Of a stretch of DNA of 64,000 bases, positions 1 to 19,687 are shown in pieces. This DNA is from Amoebidium appalachense. Taxonomy: Eukaryota; Protista; Ichthyosporea. The stretch covers positions 8,061,794 to 8,125,793 of the forward strand of contig CAVNZM010000010.1 in assembly GCA_963693365.1 (NCBI GenBank), read 5' to 3'. Made by a program: the position numbers and the translations under genes. Position 1 is the first letter of the stretch, and every line of letters starts with the position of its first letter. The notes under the pieces are model-generated. The model was not told where the DNA came from. It made no database searches and saw nothing but the letters and a program-made list of their open reading frames with translations.

Positions 1-5906
<5,906 letters not shown>

Positions 5907-6969
5907 GGTGTGTGTATGTGGATGTAGGTGGGTGGGCGGCAGATGTTGGTTTGTGTTTCTTTTTTTAAAAATAAAATAAAATTATCTGGGGGATATTTTG
6001 AGGCGATAATTGGGTTTTTACTTCAGAATGGGGTATAGGTATAAATTGTCTGGCATGTGGCTGTTATATGTAAATGTAGATATTTGAAACGTATTTGTAT
6101 TGTAGCAGGAAGGGTTGCATGCCAAAAAAGGGTGCAGGTGGGAATGTGTGGTTACCATATAAGGGGTTGTGCACTCGTCATTGCTGTGATATGATTGGGC
6201 ACACAGTGTTTTGTACCATGTTCTCCGTTCTCTTATAAGGCATGACAATACAATTCTTTTCCCTTTTTTTTTTTCTTTTTTTTTTTTCTCTCTCTTGGTC
6301 TGATTCCTGTACCCTTTTTTCTTTCTCTATAGTTCGTTCGTTAACTTCTCGGCCTTTAAAGGGGCTCTGAAAGCTGTAAGGGTATTGGTGATTGTAATTT
6401 TAAAGGTTGAGTGTGACTGGACCGTCACTCCGTAGTTCACATTGCAGTAATTCCATTAAAACCCATACAACCCATCAGTACCCCCTTACGCCACTACTGT
6501 AACAGCCGTTTTGGATTGCTGATTGGTATAAAAAACGCCCCGAAGTTGCAATCGTGAGGAAAACACAAAGCCTGGCCAAAGCGCTGCACAGCAGGTGACC
6601 AGTCATAACATGTTGTAAATGGTAGGGAACTTAGGAAACGTAACTTGTGGAAAGCGTGCGGTGGCGGCACGGCGACGCTGGTATGCATGTGTGTGTGTGT
6701 CACCAGGTGGTGTTTGGGGGGGAAGGAGGGGGGGAGGGGATGCAAAATTCTTGCGTCGATTCACCGGTTTAGATCTGAGACCTAATTGGGCCAGAAGTAA
6801 GCCTTGGGCCTACATTGGGGCTCAAGTCCAACTAGGTACGTAATCTTTATCTATTGTCTCTCGAAGACAATTTCAGTATTAGTACTAGTGTGTGTGTGTG
6901 CAAAGGGATCTTGGGTGGGTGGGTGCAGTTGTGTGCGTGTGTGTGTTTGGTGGTGGTGGTGGTGGTGGT

Positions 6970-7003
<34 letters not shown>

Positions 7004-7627
7004 GCCGATGTGTGTGTGTGCGTGTGTTTTTGGGGGGGGGGGGGGGGGGGGGGGAACAACAGGCAAATATCTAACCAATAGGTGATATATACTATTGCGG
7101 AATTTATTGATTGCTCTTTTCGTTTTCTGGGAGCCCGCTCATGCCGTCACATCTAAAGCTACACCTGTTTCCACACCATGCGCCCAACTAGCATCTGGTT
7201 GATGAAGTATCCATACACTTTCGCCTGACCCAATCAGTGCGTCTCTTTTCTTGCTAGCAGCCAATCCAGTGGCCGATTCTCATCATGTTGCTAACGCAGA
7301 CATTACCAGGATTGCCTAACATCAATGCATTGATTCCTCCAAATAAGTACTATATACGTCTCTCCACCACGATACATCACGCTTGTACGTGTGCCACGCA
7401 ACATCTTCATAATTTCCCTGCTAATGAAAAGCTGACACATAATATATCGTGCTTAGCATATATATATATATATCCTACGACATACGAGCCATACACAACT
7501 GACACCCTACGGGAAAAGGGAGGGGGAGCGAAATCCAGGATAACGATAAAATGAAAGAACAAAAAAGAATTACAAAAAAAAGATAAGAAAAAAAGGAAAA
7601 GAAAAGAACGGGAACTGGTGTTGACCA

Positions 7628-7950
7628 CTAGTGGGCAAAGGACTGCAAGCCGGTGATGGCACGGCCCAAAATCAGTGCGTGGATGTCGTGGGTGCCTGGA
7701 GGAGGAGACGTAAGTACTGTGTGCATGAATGCTGGTGAATGCGTGCTCAATAAATGAAGAGAGAAGGGGAGATGAGAGGAGAGGGGAGGAGAGGACACAT
7801 AGGGAGGAGAGGGGCTACCGTTCAGATGATGGTGTTTGTGAAAGAGTAAAACTATCGAAAAACTACAGCAAGAGAAAGACAGATGTCTGGCTCCAACCAG
7901 TGTGTTTGTTTACTCATTCCCAACGGCAGCCAGTGACTGGATGGTGCCCT

Positions 7951-7988
<38 letters not shown>

Positions 7989-9108
7989 AATGATACCTTC
8001 GTAGGTGTTGACGGCCTCGAGGTTCATTGAGTGGCGTATGATGTGGTACTCATCGCTGATGCCATTGCCTGCACACAGTAGTTTTAGTAGGTGTGCGGTG
8101 CTTGTGTTGCAATGGGGTAAGGGGTAAAAAGGGATGCACGTGTGTGGTTGTGTATAGTGACCTTTCGGAGAGGGAGAAAATTGACGGAGGCACTCAGCCG
8201 AGCAAAGGCACCGGGGGGGGAGGAGGGGGGGGGGGGGGGGGGGGGAGAGAGAGAGAGAGGGGGAGCCAAACAGTGACTTTGTGTGTGTGAGAGTGTATGT
8301 GTACGTGGTTGTGTGTGCATGTGTGTGTGCTGGTGTGTGCGCGCAAGTGTGTGTGTATGTAAATCATGGCGACACACTTGCTTATGGTTTCAACGTCATA
8401 TGTCTGAACACGTCATCTCAACTGCATCCGTGTGTGTGCCTGTGTGTGTGTGTGTGTGTGTGTGTGTACGGAACGGAGGGGGCCGGGAGGGGCATCACCT
8501 CCGAGCATGTCACGGGCCATCCGAGCAATGTCGAGAGCCTTTCCACAGTTGTTGCGCTGGAGAAAGAGGGGGGGGGGGGGGTTGTTACTGTGGTGCCGAA
8601 ACTATATCTCTTAGCCGTCCAAGGCACAATACACCTTTCGACAGGAATGCGGTCCAACAAAATGCTAGATCAAGTCTAAAAGGGACAAACTCTGTTATGT
8701 TCTGGTTCCTCGTCTCGCTCTCTTTCCCTCTCCCCCTCCCCCTCCCCTCCCGGCCGCCGCCTCCCCCTCTAACCTTATTTACAGTCTCGCTCCTTTCCCT
8801 CTCCTCCTCCCCCCCTCCCCTCCCGGCCACCGCCTCCCCCTCTATCCTGATTTACAGGAGTGTGCCTCTGAAAGGGGGGGTGTTTGTAAGGTAAGAGCGG
8901 GTTCATACCTTGATGAGGCTGACCATCTCCGGTGCGGCCTTGCCCTGGTCCTTGAGCCGACCAACCTGCAGGCAGGCCTGAAGCCCGAGAGAGATCTGGG
9001 GGGAAGGGAATAGGTCAGCACGTGCACACACCGCCTCGCAAAGCCCCGCCTCCCTCCCTCCCAGCCCCCATTTCCCACGTTCAGTTCCCTCCCTCCAATC
9101 ATCATCCG

Positions 9109-9183
<75 letters not shown>

Positions 9184-9210
9184 GGCACAAACACACACAC
9201 CCGGACACCC

Positions 9211-9270
<60 letters not shown>

Positions 9271-11886
9271 CCGTCAGCATGTCTGCCATCTTCTTCTGCA
9301 TCAGCTGGTTGCTTGCCAGTGGCGACCCAAACTGCTTCCTGTTCCGAACAACCCCAATGAGTCATTCTGATCACACACACCCCAATACATATACGACACC
9401 TTTGCCTCGATTTCTTTGTCATAGGCTTAACGTGCTTGGATGCGAATCAAAAAAGACAAATGATTCGGCCAAGTATATACATAACAGGTTATCCGTAACA
9501 TTTTAAATAGATGAGACTCGTCATCGATATGTAGCCACTTTGGGTGTTCCACATGCATGTATGTGTGTGCATTTGCACGAATGTGTGTGTACATTAGGGG
9601 TCCCCCACCTATCGAGTGTGTACTGCCTTGCCATGTCCAGACAGAACTCAGCAGCCCCCAGTGTGCCCCAGGCAATGCCGTAGCGCGCATTGGTCAGGCA
9701 GTTGAACGGACCCTGGGGAAAAGAGATTTTAGCTCCTTTAACCTGTTACTTTCATTGCTCACTGGTTTTGTCATTAGGTTTGATATCTCTATTTGTAACT
9801 GCTTGCTTATTTTCTGAAACCCCTAGGCCCATTATTTGCGTATGTTAAGAAATACAGGCCCAGATGCATCCCCCTGTCTCTGCATATCCATACACCATGC
9901 CAGCCAAAATAACCAAACATTCCCGGCTGCACTCTCCCCTCCCCCCCCCCCCCCCCCCCCCAAACACACACACACACATATAAACCCCCCTCTCTCCCTC
10001 TAATGCATGCACCTACTAGCATGCACGCATTGACATGCACATACGAACCCCCTCCCCTGCATACATGTAATTGCAGATAGGACCCACCCTATGCACCCAC
10101 CTTTAGGCCTGCGACCTTTGGCAGCAGATTGGCCTCAGGCACCATGACGTCATCCATCATGATGGCCCCAGTCACACTGGCCCGCAGACTGAACTTGCCC
10201 TCGATCTTGGGCGCAGTCAGACCCTTCATGCCCTAAAAAGGGAAAAAAGGGCGTCAGGTGTGTGATAAATAGCCAATCAATGAGGGAGGTGAGAGGAGGG
10301 TAAATGACAATCGAAAATGTGTAGTTTCAAGGAGAATCATTGGTGTGTGGGCCATAGTATCTTTTATCATCAAATCTATATTCCCTTCACTTCGCTTGGA
10401 CACGTCTGAGTGAGCACACACTCCAACCACGCCACGCCAATGCACTGCAATCCATATTGAACCTTTTTGAGTGTGTGGGGGCTGGGGGTGTGGAAAGAAA
10501 CAGACGCTCATGTGAAGAATCACCGGGGATTCCGGGGGGAAGGGCGGAGGGAAGGGGAGGTTAAAAACCTTTTCGAGGATGAAGCCACGGATCTGGTTGT
10601 CGAGCTTTGCCCACACGACAAAGACATCGGCAATGGGCGAGTTGGTGATCCTGTGAAACACCATCCATTAGTCATCAAGTCATTGTGACGTAACACCACA
10701 ACACAACATTTCACAGGCCCATGTGTATTTGTGCCATATCTGAGCCGGTGTCTATTTTGTCACAAACAAACGATACTTCGTTTGAGTTCTGCAACATAAA
10801 AGGGCAGTTGGAACGAGGAGGATATGTTCGTTCTGACTGGAAGAGCATGCAGAAAGTATAGAGAGTGCATTAAAAGGAGTAAAAAAGGGCGTTTGAACAA
10901 CCCCCCCACTCACACACACCCTCCCTTTCCCAAAAAGAACAAACAGAGAGAAACAGAAGAAAGAGACAAACACCCACAACAGATCGGTCAAATAAGGGTG
11001 TGTCACACACCACGTATGGGTTGGATAACTGCCGCAAGTTAACCATATATGGTACTGAGCACATGCCACATGCTAACCATATACAGTGCTAAGCGCACAC
11101 CACATCTTCACCGTATAGAGTGCTAGTATGAAATGCCACATCTTAATCATACATAGCACGAGGGCATATGCAACATCCTAACCACATATGGCACTACGCA
11201 CCTACCACATCCTGAACATATACGGTGCTAAGCATACACAAAATTCTAAACATATGTGGCGGTAGGCACATCCAAAAAAATTAACCATGTGTGGCGCTAA
11301 GCACATACAATATCTTCACCATATGTGGCGCTAAGCACATACGATATCTTATCCATATGTGGTGCTAACCACATGCCGCATTCTAACCATGGCGCTAGGC
11401 ACCTACCACATCTTGGAGCCATTGATCAGATATCCCCCGTCCACCTTCTTTGCTCTTGTCTCCATGCCAGCTGGGTCACTCCCGTGGTTTGGCTCCGTCA
11501 GCCCAAAGCACCCCACAAGCTTGCCCGTGGCTGTGTGTGCGTGTCAATTTTTTTAATATTATTATCATTATTTTATTTTATTTTATTTTATTTATTTTTT
11601 TTTTTTTGGGGGGGGGGGGGGGGGGAGAGGGGAGAAGGCAGGTGGTTAGGAAATTTCTAAGAAATTCCAGTTGTTGACTATAGTTTTTGGTATGAACATG
11701 AGAAGGAAACGGTTGTTAAATTCTATTCACCTTCCCTGTGTCTTAACCCATCATACACATCTTAGTTCAACAAACTACAAATCAGAGCTGGTTGTGAACA
11801 AGAAAACTGAAAAGACATAGCGCGTGGGCGGGGGGGAGTAGTATGATGATGATTCAGAAGAGCTGGCAGGAACGAACGAGGAGGGG

Positions 11887-11931
<45 letters not shown>

Positions 11932-12314
11932 TTGGACAAGGTGGGGAGGGGGGGCTGGGAGAGGGGGGGGGGGGGGGGAGGGGAGAGGCGCAGGATGTGC
12001 GAGTGAAGAGGGGGGAAGGGGTTGGGAAGGGGGGGGGGGGGGGGAAGGGGGATGGATATTGTACCGAGGTCTGGCAGGAAGCGCTGCTTCTGCTCGTCTG
12101 TGCCGTACTGGTAGATGGGGAACATGACGAGGGACGACTGCACACTCATGGCACTGCGGTACGCACTGTCCACCCTGTAATATGGGGGTGAGGGTGGGGT
12201 GCACACAGTGGAAAATACAAGAGGTGGACATGCCAAAAAAAAAGGGGGGGTGGGCGGAGGGAGAAGGAAGATTGAATTGTTATGCAAGAAAACGTCCCAC
12301 GGAGAGAGGAGTGT

Positions 12315-12363
<49 letters not shown>

Positions 12364-12496
12364 TGAGTGCATCAAAGATAATGAAGTACAGTCGTGGTGG
12401 ACAACACAAGACAGGCTTTGCAGTGCACGCACAAAGAAAAAACATATGCAAAGCCCTTCGGGGGAGCGGAGAGAGGGGGATAAGGGGGGGGGTAAA

Positions 12497-12527
<31 letters not shown>

Positions 12528-12888
12528 GATACCTTTCGACCTCACGGGCAATAAGACCATAGGCCACGGAAGACATGCCGGCACAGCCATAGCCTGCAGA
12601 CGGCACCAATCAAATTATTAATTCTATAGATAGATGCAAGAGTGCAACTTTAAACCTCCGCATGCCAGATCGTCAATTTCTATTTTATCATTATTGTTGT
12701 TGTTGTTATTTGTGGGGGGGGGGGGGGGGGGGGGGGGGGGGTTCCACCTACTGCCATCCTTATTTCTCAAGACAGATACCGAACATCTGTGCCATATAAT
12801 TATTTGGCGCTCATGTCATGCCATGTCTAAAACACCGTTTAGCAGGGTCTTTTTAATGTTGATTAGATTTATTGTATTTTTTTTTTTT

Positions 12889-12919
<31 letters not shown>

Positions 12920-13164
12920 GGGGTCATTACCGTCGATGGTGCTGCCGAGCATGCCGAGGGCACCCATCTCATTCATAATCTCCCGGTCAAACGCTGGGGG
13001 GTTACCTTGTAAGTTAGTGCACTCCGAGAGTCCACATCACCATTTCCCCTACTTTCGTGCGCTCCCCCCCTCCCCCCCCCCCCTCTCCCCCCCCCCCCCC
13101 CCCCCTCCTCCACCCACCCATCCACATATACACACGCGCGCACAAACGTGCATGCATGCTCACA

Positions 13165-13205
<41 letters not shown>

Positions 13206-13953
13206 GTGCAACCGCACACCCACACACAGCAGGACGAAGGGCTAGAGTTGCAGGGGGGGGAAAGGGGGGACCTACTCTCGTGCCTGTTTGCTTTGATGAT
13301 GCGGGGCATAAGCTGGTTTTGGCAGTACTCATGCACCGAGTCCCTGTGGCCACACAAAAACGGTAAGCAAGAACCAACAGTGGAGCATTTCTATGCAATG
13401 TTTTTAAAAACCTCTCTGTTGCACGACTACAGAAGTCCAGGGGGACCTGCAAAAGTGAACAGGATAAGAGGGGGTCTAGAATGTAACCAAGGGGAGGGGG
13501 GGGGGGGGGGGGGGGGGGGTTCCAGGGCAAGGGTATAGCAGGTATATTGTATAATCAAATTGGTGTGTGTACGGGGGGAGGGGGTGAGGAAAGGGGGGAG
13601 AGGGAAGGGCGCGGGGGGAGGGGGGAGGGGCGCAGGAGAGGGGGGCGAGCGGCGGGGGGGGGGGGGGGGGGGGGGTAGTAGGCGCGTTTTTTTTTTGTTT
13701 TGTTTTTTTTTTTGGGGGTGGGGGGGGGGGGGGGGGGGGGGGGGGGGGAGCTACTAGTGGCTTACCTCACCATCCTCTCCTCGTCGGTCAGCTGGGAGTC
13801 CAGGTTGAGTGCGTCCTTGTAGTTGAACGGCACATAGTCTGGCCCAGCATGTCAGCACGTGCACGTATTTCGTTGGCGTGGGTGGGTGAGATGTTTTCAT
13901 TTCCTTAATGTGCTTTTTTTTTTTTTTTTTTTTTTGGTGGCGGTGGTGGTGGT

Positions 13954-14028
<75 letters not shown>

Positions 14029-14526
14029 AGATCCAGGATTGATAAGGTGTGTGTGGCTTTCAATGTCCAATTTCGTGTAAATGGGAGCGGGTAAAGATGC
14101 AGCCTACGAACCGGCGCCTAGGACGGACACGACCTTGTTAAAGCATGTCGGGTGCTATCAGTTAGCTGTGGTGGGTGGGGGGGGGGGGGAGGGGGGGGGG
14201 GGGGGGGGGGGGGGGGAGAAGAAGAAGGGGGGGAAGGGGGGGAGGGGGGAACAGCCAGGGGGAAGGGGGGGGAGGGGGCGGGGGGGGGGGGGGGGGGGGG
14301 TAGATGGCAGGAGGATGTTTGGACGTGCTTACGAGTGTTGCGACAAGAGGGGCCAGGGGGGGGGGGGGGGGGAGGGGGGGGGGGGGGGGGGGGGGGGGGG
14401 AGGGGGGGGGTTTGAATGCGGAACACAGTACGAAGTACGCATACACGATGAGAAGCATGGTGCAGGACACATGCAAAGGCAAACATTCAACTATGCAGCA
14501 TCAGCCATGCGCACAGTATGCGGGGG

Positions 14527-14564
<38 letters not shown>

Positions 14565-14827
14565 CTGTAGGACAAAGAAGACATTAACCGCCGTGCCGTA
14601 GGAAGAACAACGCCTGTAGAAACAGAAGCGACGAGTCAGTCCAGTACCACCTTGTCATGTTTCCTGGGTACACTCAGTTTCCACAAGTGTTGGTGATCTA
14701 TGCACAAAATTCTTCACAAAGCTAACCGTTCTTGCAGCAAACTGCAAACCTTACTGCACAAAAAAACTGACACCAGAAACATACCTGCGCGGGAGACAGA
14801 GCGAAGAGATGACACAGAGAGAGACAT
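7628..14827 (-). CDS. GCDH: Glutaryl-CoA dehydrogenase, mitochondrial; 16 exons: 14827-14785, 14613-14566, 13838-13766, 13343-13276, 12993-12931, 12593-12533, 12174-12065, 11530-11407, 10650-10569, 10232-10101, 9712-9609, 9338-9269, 8995-8909, 8556-8499, 8068-7997, 7695-7628
   Basis: GT-AG phase-consistent splicing. The N-terminus is Ser/Arg-rich like a presequence ([21 protein letters not shown]). Motifs: [112 protein letters not shown] (catalytic Glu in TYEG). Confidence 0.97.
11031..11414. repeat. Degenerate ~34-bp tandem minisatellite (~11 units) abutting and overlapping the GCDH exon 8 splice donor
   Basis: Consensus is roughly ACCACATCTTAACCATATGTGGCGCTAAGCACAT. The last unit runs into the exon/intron junction at 11406/11407. 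Confidence 0.85.
14410..14522 (-). repeat. Dispersed ~110-bp intronic repeat, copy A
   Basis: TTTGAATGCGGAACACAGTACGAAGTACGCATACACGATGAGAAGCATGG... is near-identical to 51789-51900. Confidence 0.9.
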
Positions 14828-16127
14828 TTTGCAGTTGCAAAACCATAAACGAAAAACGAGTTTGTGAGTCTGACTGACTGTCTGACGCGTTCTCTGAAAT
14901 GATGGCCGGATGGATGCGCCGCCCCACGTCATTCCCCTGCTATGCACTCCGGGGGGTGCCGCTGGGAAAAGGGGGTGCTTAGTGGTAATTTGAGAATAGC
15001 AAATAAAACAAAGATATGCCTTTGAAGCTTTTTAATGATAAATAACCAGCCATTTTTTGCTAAACTTATTACTAATATATGTTTTAAAGGATAGTAATGC
15101 ACATATTTATACCTTAAATGTTTAGCAGCCACTGCAGGTACGCATGTGTATTCCCTGAGTTAGGAAAAGCCCCTGCTTTGAAATTTGAGCTAGGGTGCCA
15201 TCGAAAAGCACTGGCATTAGGCTGATGTGCATTGGTAAACTTGTAGGCGATAATAACGCTTTACCTCCTTCTTCATGTGTATATTTCCAAGCTATAAATA
15301 CAGTTTAAATTTCAATTTAGTCATTTTCTGTAATTACATTCCGTTTCTTCGTTGAAGGATGAGGGCACTGACTACACACTTTGTTGCTGTCTGCGTGTCC
15401 AATCAGCAACCAGATGAAGAGACGCAGGATTATGATTGGTGGAACTGTAAACAGCTATTTTTTGCGTAACAGTTTTTCCAATAATGTGGCGAGATCTGCT
15501 TGTCTATAGACCAATTTAGATTTACTAATTGAGAATCTCAATGTGTTTGCTTCGCTCTAGGGAGATCCAGCCAGCCGAACTGGCGAAATGAAGGGCTGAG
15601 TGATCGGCGGTCATATACCAAATCCTGCTTATAATTGCTTAAATTCAATAATTTGAATAGAAAAGGGGTTTTGCTCCAAAGCGACAAGCAATTCTTGTAT
15701 AAGCAACATGGGGTGTCCGGCGCCTATTTCATCGCGAAAACAGGCAAAAACCATAATTTCATCATAGACGATCGACCTCGCGATCGAGGCAAGGTGGTAG
15801 GAGGCTATGCTATGCAAGACCTACCACCTATGTACTGCCAGTGAGGCGGTGTCTCCTTCTTTTTTTTTTTTTTTTTGCCGTCTCAAGTAGATGTATAACG
15901 TCGCACGTGCGGCAACACGTCAGTACGTGTTAGATGCAAGACGGGTTTTGATGATTTTAGCGATGCATATAAGGCGTTGTCGGAGCACCCCGACTGCTTA
16001 TATCATTTTTGCGCGCCTTTTAATTTTCTAAAACTTTTTCTTATGAACGAAAAAATCAACTTTCTAAGTAAAATCGGGGCCTAACTGCTTTTGAGAGGCT
16101 GTCGGTCTGAGATTTTGGCCTGTCACC

Positions 16128-16188
16128 CAAGGCCTCTTAAATAGCACACCTTTATGTAGGATAGCCTTGTGCTATTTAGGAGGCCTTG
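16128..16188. mobile_element. 61-bp MITE-like element with 21-bp terminal inverted repeats and an 8-bp target-site duplication
   Basis: Left TIR CAAGGCCTCTTAAATAGCACA (16128-16148). Right TIR TGTGCTATTTAGGAGGCCTTG (16168-16188, 1 mismatch). CTGTCACC flanks both sides (16120-16127 and 16189-16196). Confidence 0.75.
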
Positions 16189-16250
16189 CTGTCACCGCCT
16201 GAGCGGCCCTTACCTTGGCCCTTACTTTTGGCGCAACCAATCAGCCTCTA

Positions 16251-16287
16251 GCGGAGCGAAGCGGAGCGAAGCGGAGCGAAGCGGAGC
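16251..16287. repeat. (GCGGAGCGAA)x3 plus a partial unit, bracketed by inverted CCTCTAG/CTAGAGG
   Basis: Directly visible. Confidence 0.9.
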
Positions 16288-16513
16288 TAGAGGGTCCATC
16301 GTTCCTGGACGGGCAAAACGGCGGCCGGACAGACCGTCGTGGCTCCCCGAGCACGGCCATCTAGAGACTCCATGAAATCAGAGGCAAGTACGGGAGTTTA
16401 TTATTTTAAAAATTAAAATGAATACTCTAAAGGAATATTATGAATAACTGTTGATTGACATCTAACGAACCATGAAAACTATGGTGTGTGTGCGTGCATG
16501 TAAGTGCACGTAC

Positions 16514-16920
<407 letters not shown>

Positions 16921-18481
16921 ACGTCTGCGTACGTTCACATTGGTCCGTTTCCCTCAGGTTTCTTTCGTTCTTTCTTATTTTTTTCTTTCTCTCTTTCAAT
17001 TGTGCCCGCTAGAGGCTGATCCATGAGATTTGCGCAGCAAATCGAAGTTAAGTGCTTGTCACAAGATTCGAATTGTTCCGGTGAGCCATATAAGGTTAGG
17101 CAAAATTTGAAAAAAAAACATATCTAAACCGGTCTATGTTGCGAAGTTTTTTTGCGTTTGCGCATGTGGACAACCCAGTTACGGTCACCGTGACAAAAGG
17201 GCCAAGGCCCCGTGCTGTTTAGGGGGCCTTGGGCCAGCCACATTCTTTCTTTGCCCCTCCCCCCCCCCCCCTCCCCCCCCCCCTCCCCCCCCCTCCCCCC
17301 CCCCCCCCCCCCCCCCTCTCTCCCTTCTTTTCGGGTGCATATGTCCCTTTCTTGCATCGTTCTAATAGCCTGCAGACTAATTTTGAACCCATTTAGCAGC
17401 GACGACCACATCAAAATGGAAGAGGTATATAATGTGCATGGCCGAGCATGGGACACGAAAATACAAAATGAAACTTCATATACCACGTTTTGCGGTGCAC
17501 TACGATATGGCTTGACGTGGCCAGACTAATATTGACTCGGCATTTCCGTTTGCTGCTAGGTGATGGCCATCAAGATCCAGGTGCGTAGTGAACGACCAAG
17601 CCTGCATATTTCTGCATACCATCACTGCCCCAACTTATCCTTCTCCCTCAACATATTATCAGTGCAGCACACAGCATGATGCGGGTTGAACTTGAGTACT
17701 TGAAACAAGGTTTCGCCCGTAATGCACAAACAGAGAGTGTACGCCCGTCTTGCGCAGTGAACGACTAGTACATGTTGCTTTTACTTTGTGGATTAATGGA
17801 CCATATATTCGGGTGTTTACGAAGAAAACGCAGCCATATACTTGGCCATGTGATAGTTTCTGTTACGTTCCCTTATGTACGTTTCCTTATATGCACTGCG
17901 GAAACGCCGTTAGTGTTCGCTAACACAGCACCCTACCCACCCTACGCATTTTCCGAGGTTCCCCCCTCTCGCTCACGCTGTTGCATTACACAATCCCACC
18001 CATGACCAATGCTCCCCCCCACCCGCACCCCCAGTTATACATAACACAGAATACATACTGTTAATGCAAAAAAAGGAAACAAAATAAAGACGTGCAATAC
18101 GCACCGCAACCACACATGCACCTAAGTAATTTTTGGTACTCGTGTACACTTGACACGTGCACAAGCCCACATCGAACACTCGATCTTCTCCAAGTTTTTT
18201 TTTCATATAGATGCATGGCTCTCGTTCCAAGTTCCATGTCATTGCGGCCTTTGGGGCTAGCACCCTCTTAACTGGCCAAGCACTAATATTCAGGTTTCGC
18301 TTGTTTTTTTCTCTCTCTCCCCCTCTCCCTCTCTCTGCGGAGTCCTCTCTCCCTCTGTCTCTCACGTTTTATCTTTGTCGGTCTGTGTTCGCTCTTTCTC
18401 TCTCTCTTTCCCTCTCTCTCTCGCTCTCTCCCCCTCCCCCCCTCCCCCCCCCCTCTCTCCCTCTCTCTCTCTCCCCCCTCT

Positions 18482-18566
<85 letters not shown>

Positions 18567-18894
18567 CCTCTCTGCCCCTTCTCCCTCTCTCTTTTTACCC
18601 CTCAACCCCTTCTTCCCTCTCTTCCTCCCTTTCCCTTTCTCACTTCCACCCTCCTTGCTGATCTCCCTCCCTCTTTCCCTCTGATCCTGTCTCCGCCTAC
18701 TCAACCTATATGTCAGAGCAACTCATGAACTAGCTTCTCTTACGCTCCTCCTGCTCTCCCCCCCCATCTCCTCTCTTCCCCGGTATCGGCTCTCTTTCAT
18801 TCCTCTCCTCGCGTTCCCAGGTGCCTCCCCTTCCCTTCTTCCCCTCTCCCTTCCCCTCACATCCCCCCCCCCCCCCTCCCCCCCCCTCCTCCCG

Positions 18895-18931
<37 letters not shown>

Positions 18932-19687
18932 AAGGGCCTTCCCCCACGGCAAACCCTTCCTCCAACAACGCGGTACTTTATTTGTAGTTCCTCCATTTGC
19001 GCTGCTCACCTTCTTGCCCACTTCTAGTAAAGAGTAAGGTCCCTTCATTCCTAGTATATGTAGGTACTGTTACTGGTGCGTTCCAAAACTGTACCCCCCA
19101 CGTACATGGGGTGCCATGTGCAAGCTGCCACTTGATCATCCTTCAAGCTTGGGTCTTTCCGTTAAATTTAAGCCAATCAAATATCCGATCTATTTAAACT
19201 GTCTAACAGTAAAAAGCTATCATACTAACACGGCCATCTAGAAACACCCATACTAATTACACGATTCGGTTTGCGAACCCAAAAAGCCCTTCAGGAACGG
19301 AAAGACCCAAGCAATTGTGACACCGGGTCCCGAACAACTCGAAGAAATTCCACATCTATCAACACGATTTGTTATTGGCCCACAGCGCATCGTCATCTAT
19401 TAAGTTATTTCCTATTGGTGGTTCTTGACGTAAGGCTAACCTTTCACCAATCAGACATCACTTACCTCATACATACCTGCCTTGGCCCAGGCCGCGAAAA
19501 AGATGATGCATGTGTAGGCGTCAAATGATCTGAGGTAGGTGTACTGGCAGTGACTGGGTGCCTATTTGCTTTGGAAAAGTGACACAGTTTTTTACTAAAA
19601 CTTTCGTTTTTCCTCTTCAGGTTCGTCCTTTTACGTAGGATAAAGCTCAATTTTTGACGCTCATATGTTTATGAGCGCTGCTCCAAA

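Noticed and set aside
6345-6360. CTTCTCGGCCTTT resembling the U2 snRNA 5' end
   Set aside because: There is no following GGCTAAGATCA, branch-pairing GTAGTA or Sm site, so the match is by chance.
11031-11414. CRISPR-like periodicity (~34 bp)
   Set aside because: The units are contiguous and degenerate with no unique spacers, there are no cas genes, and the locus is a eukaryotic intron.
15629-15844. Short overlapping ORFs on both strands in the GCDH upstream spacer
   Set aside because: Under 70 aa, with no recognisable motif or supporting splice pattern.
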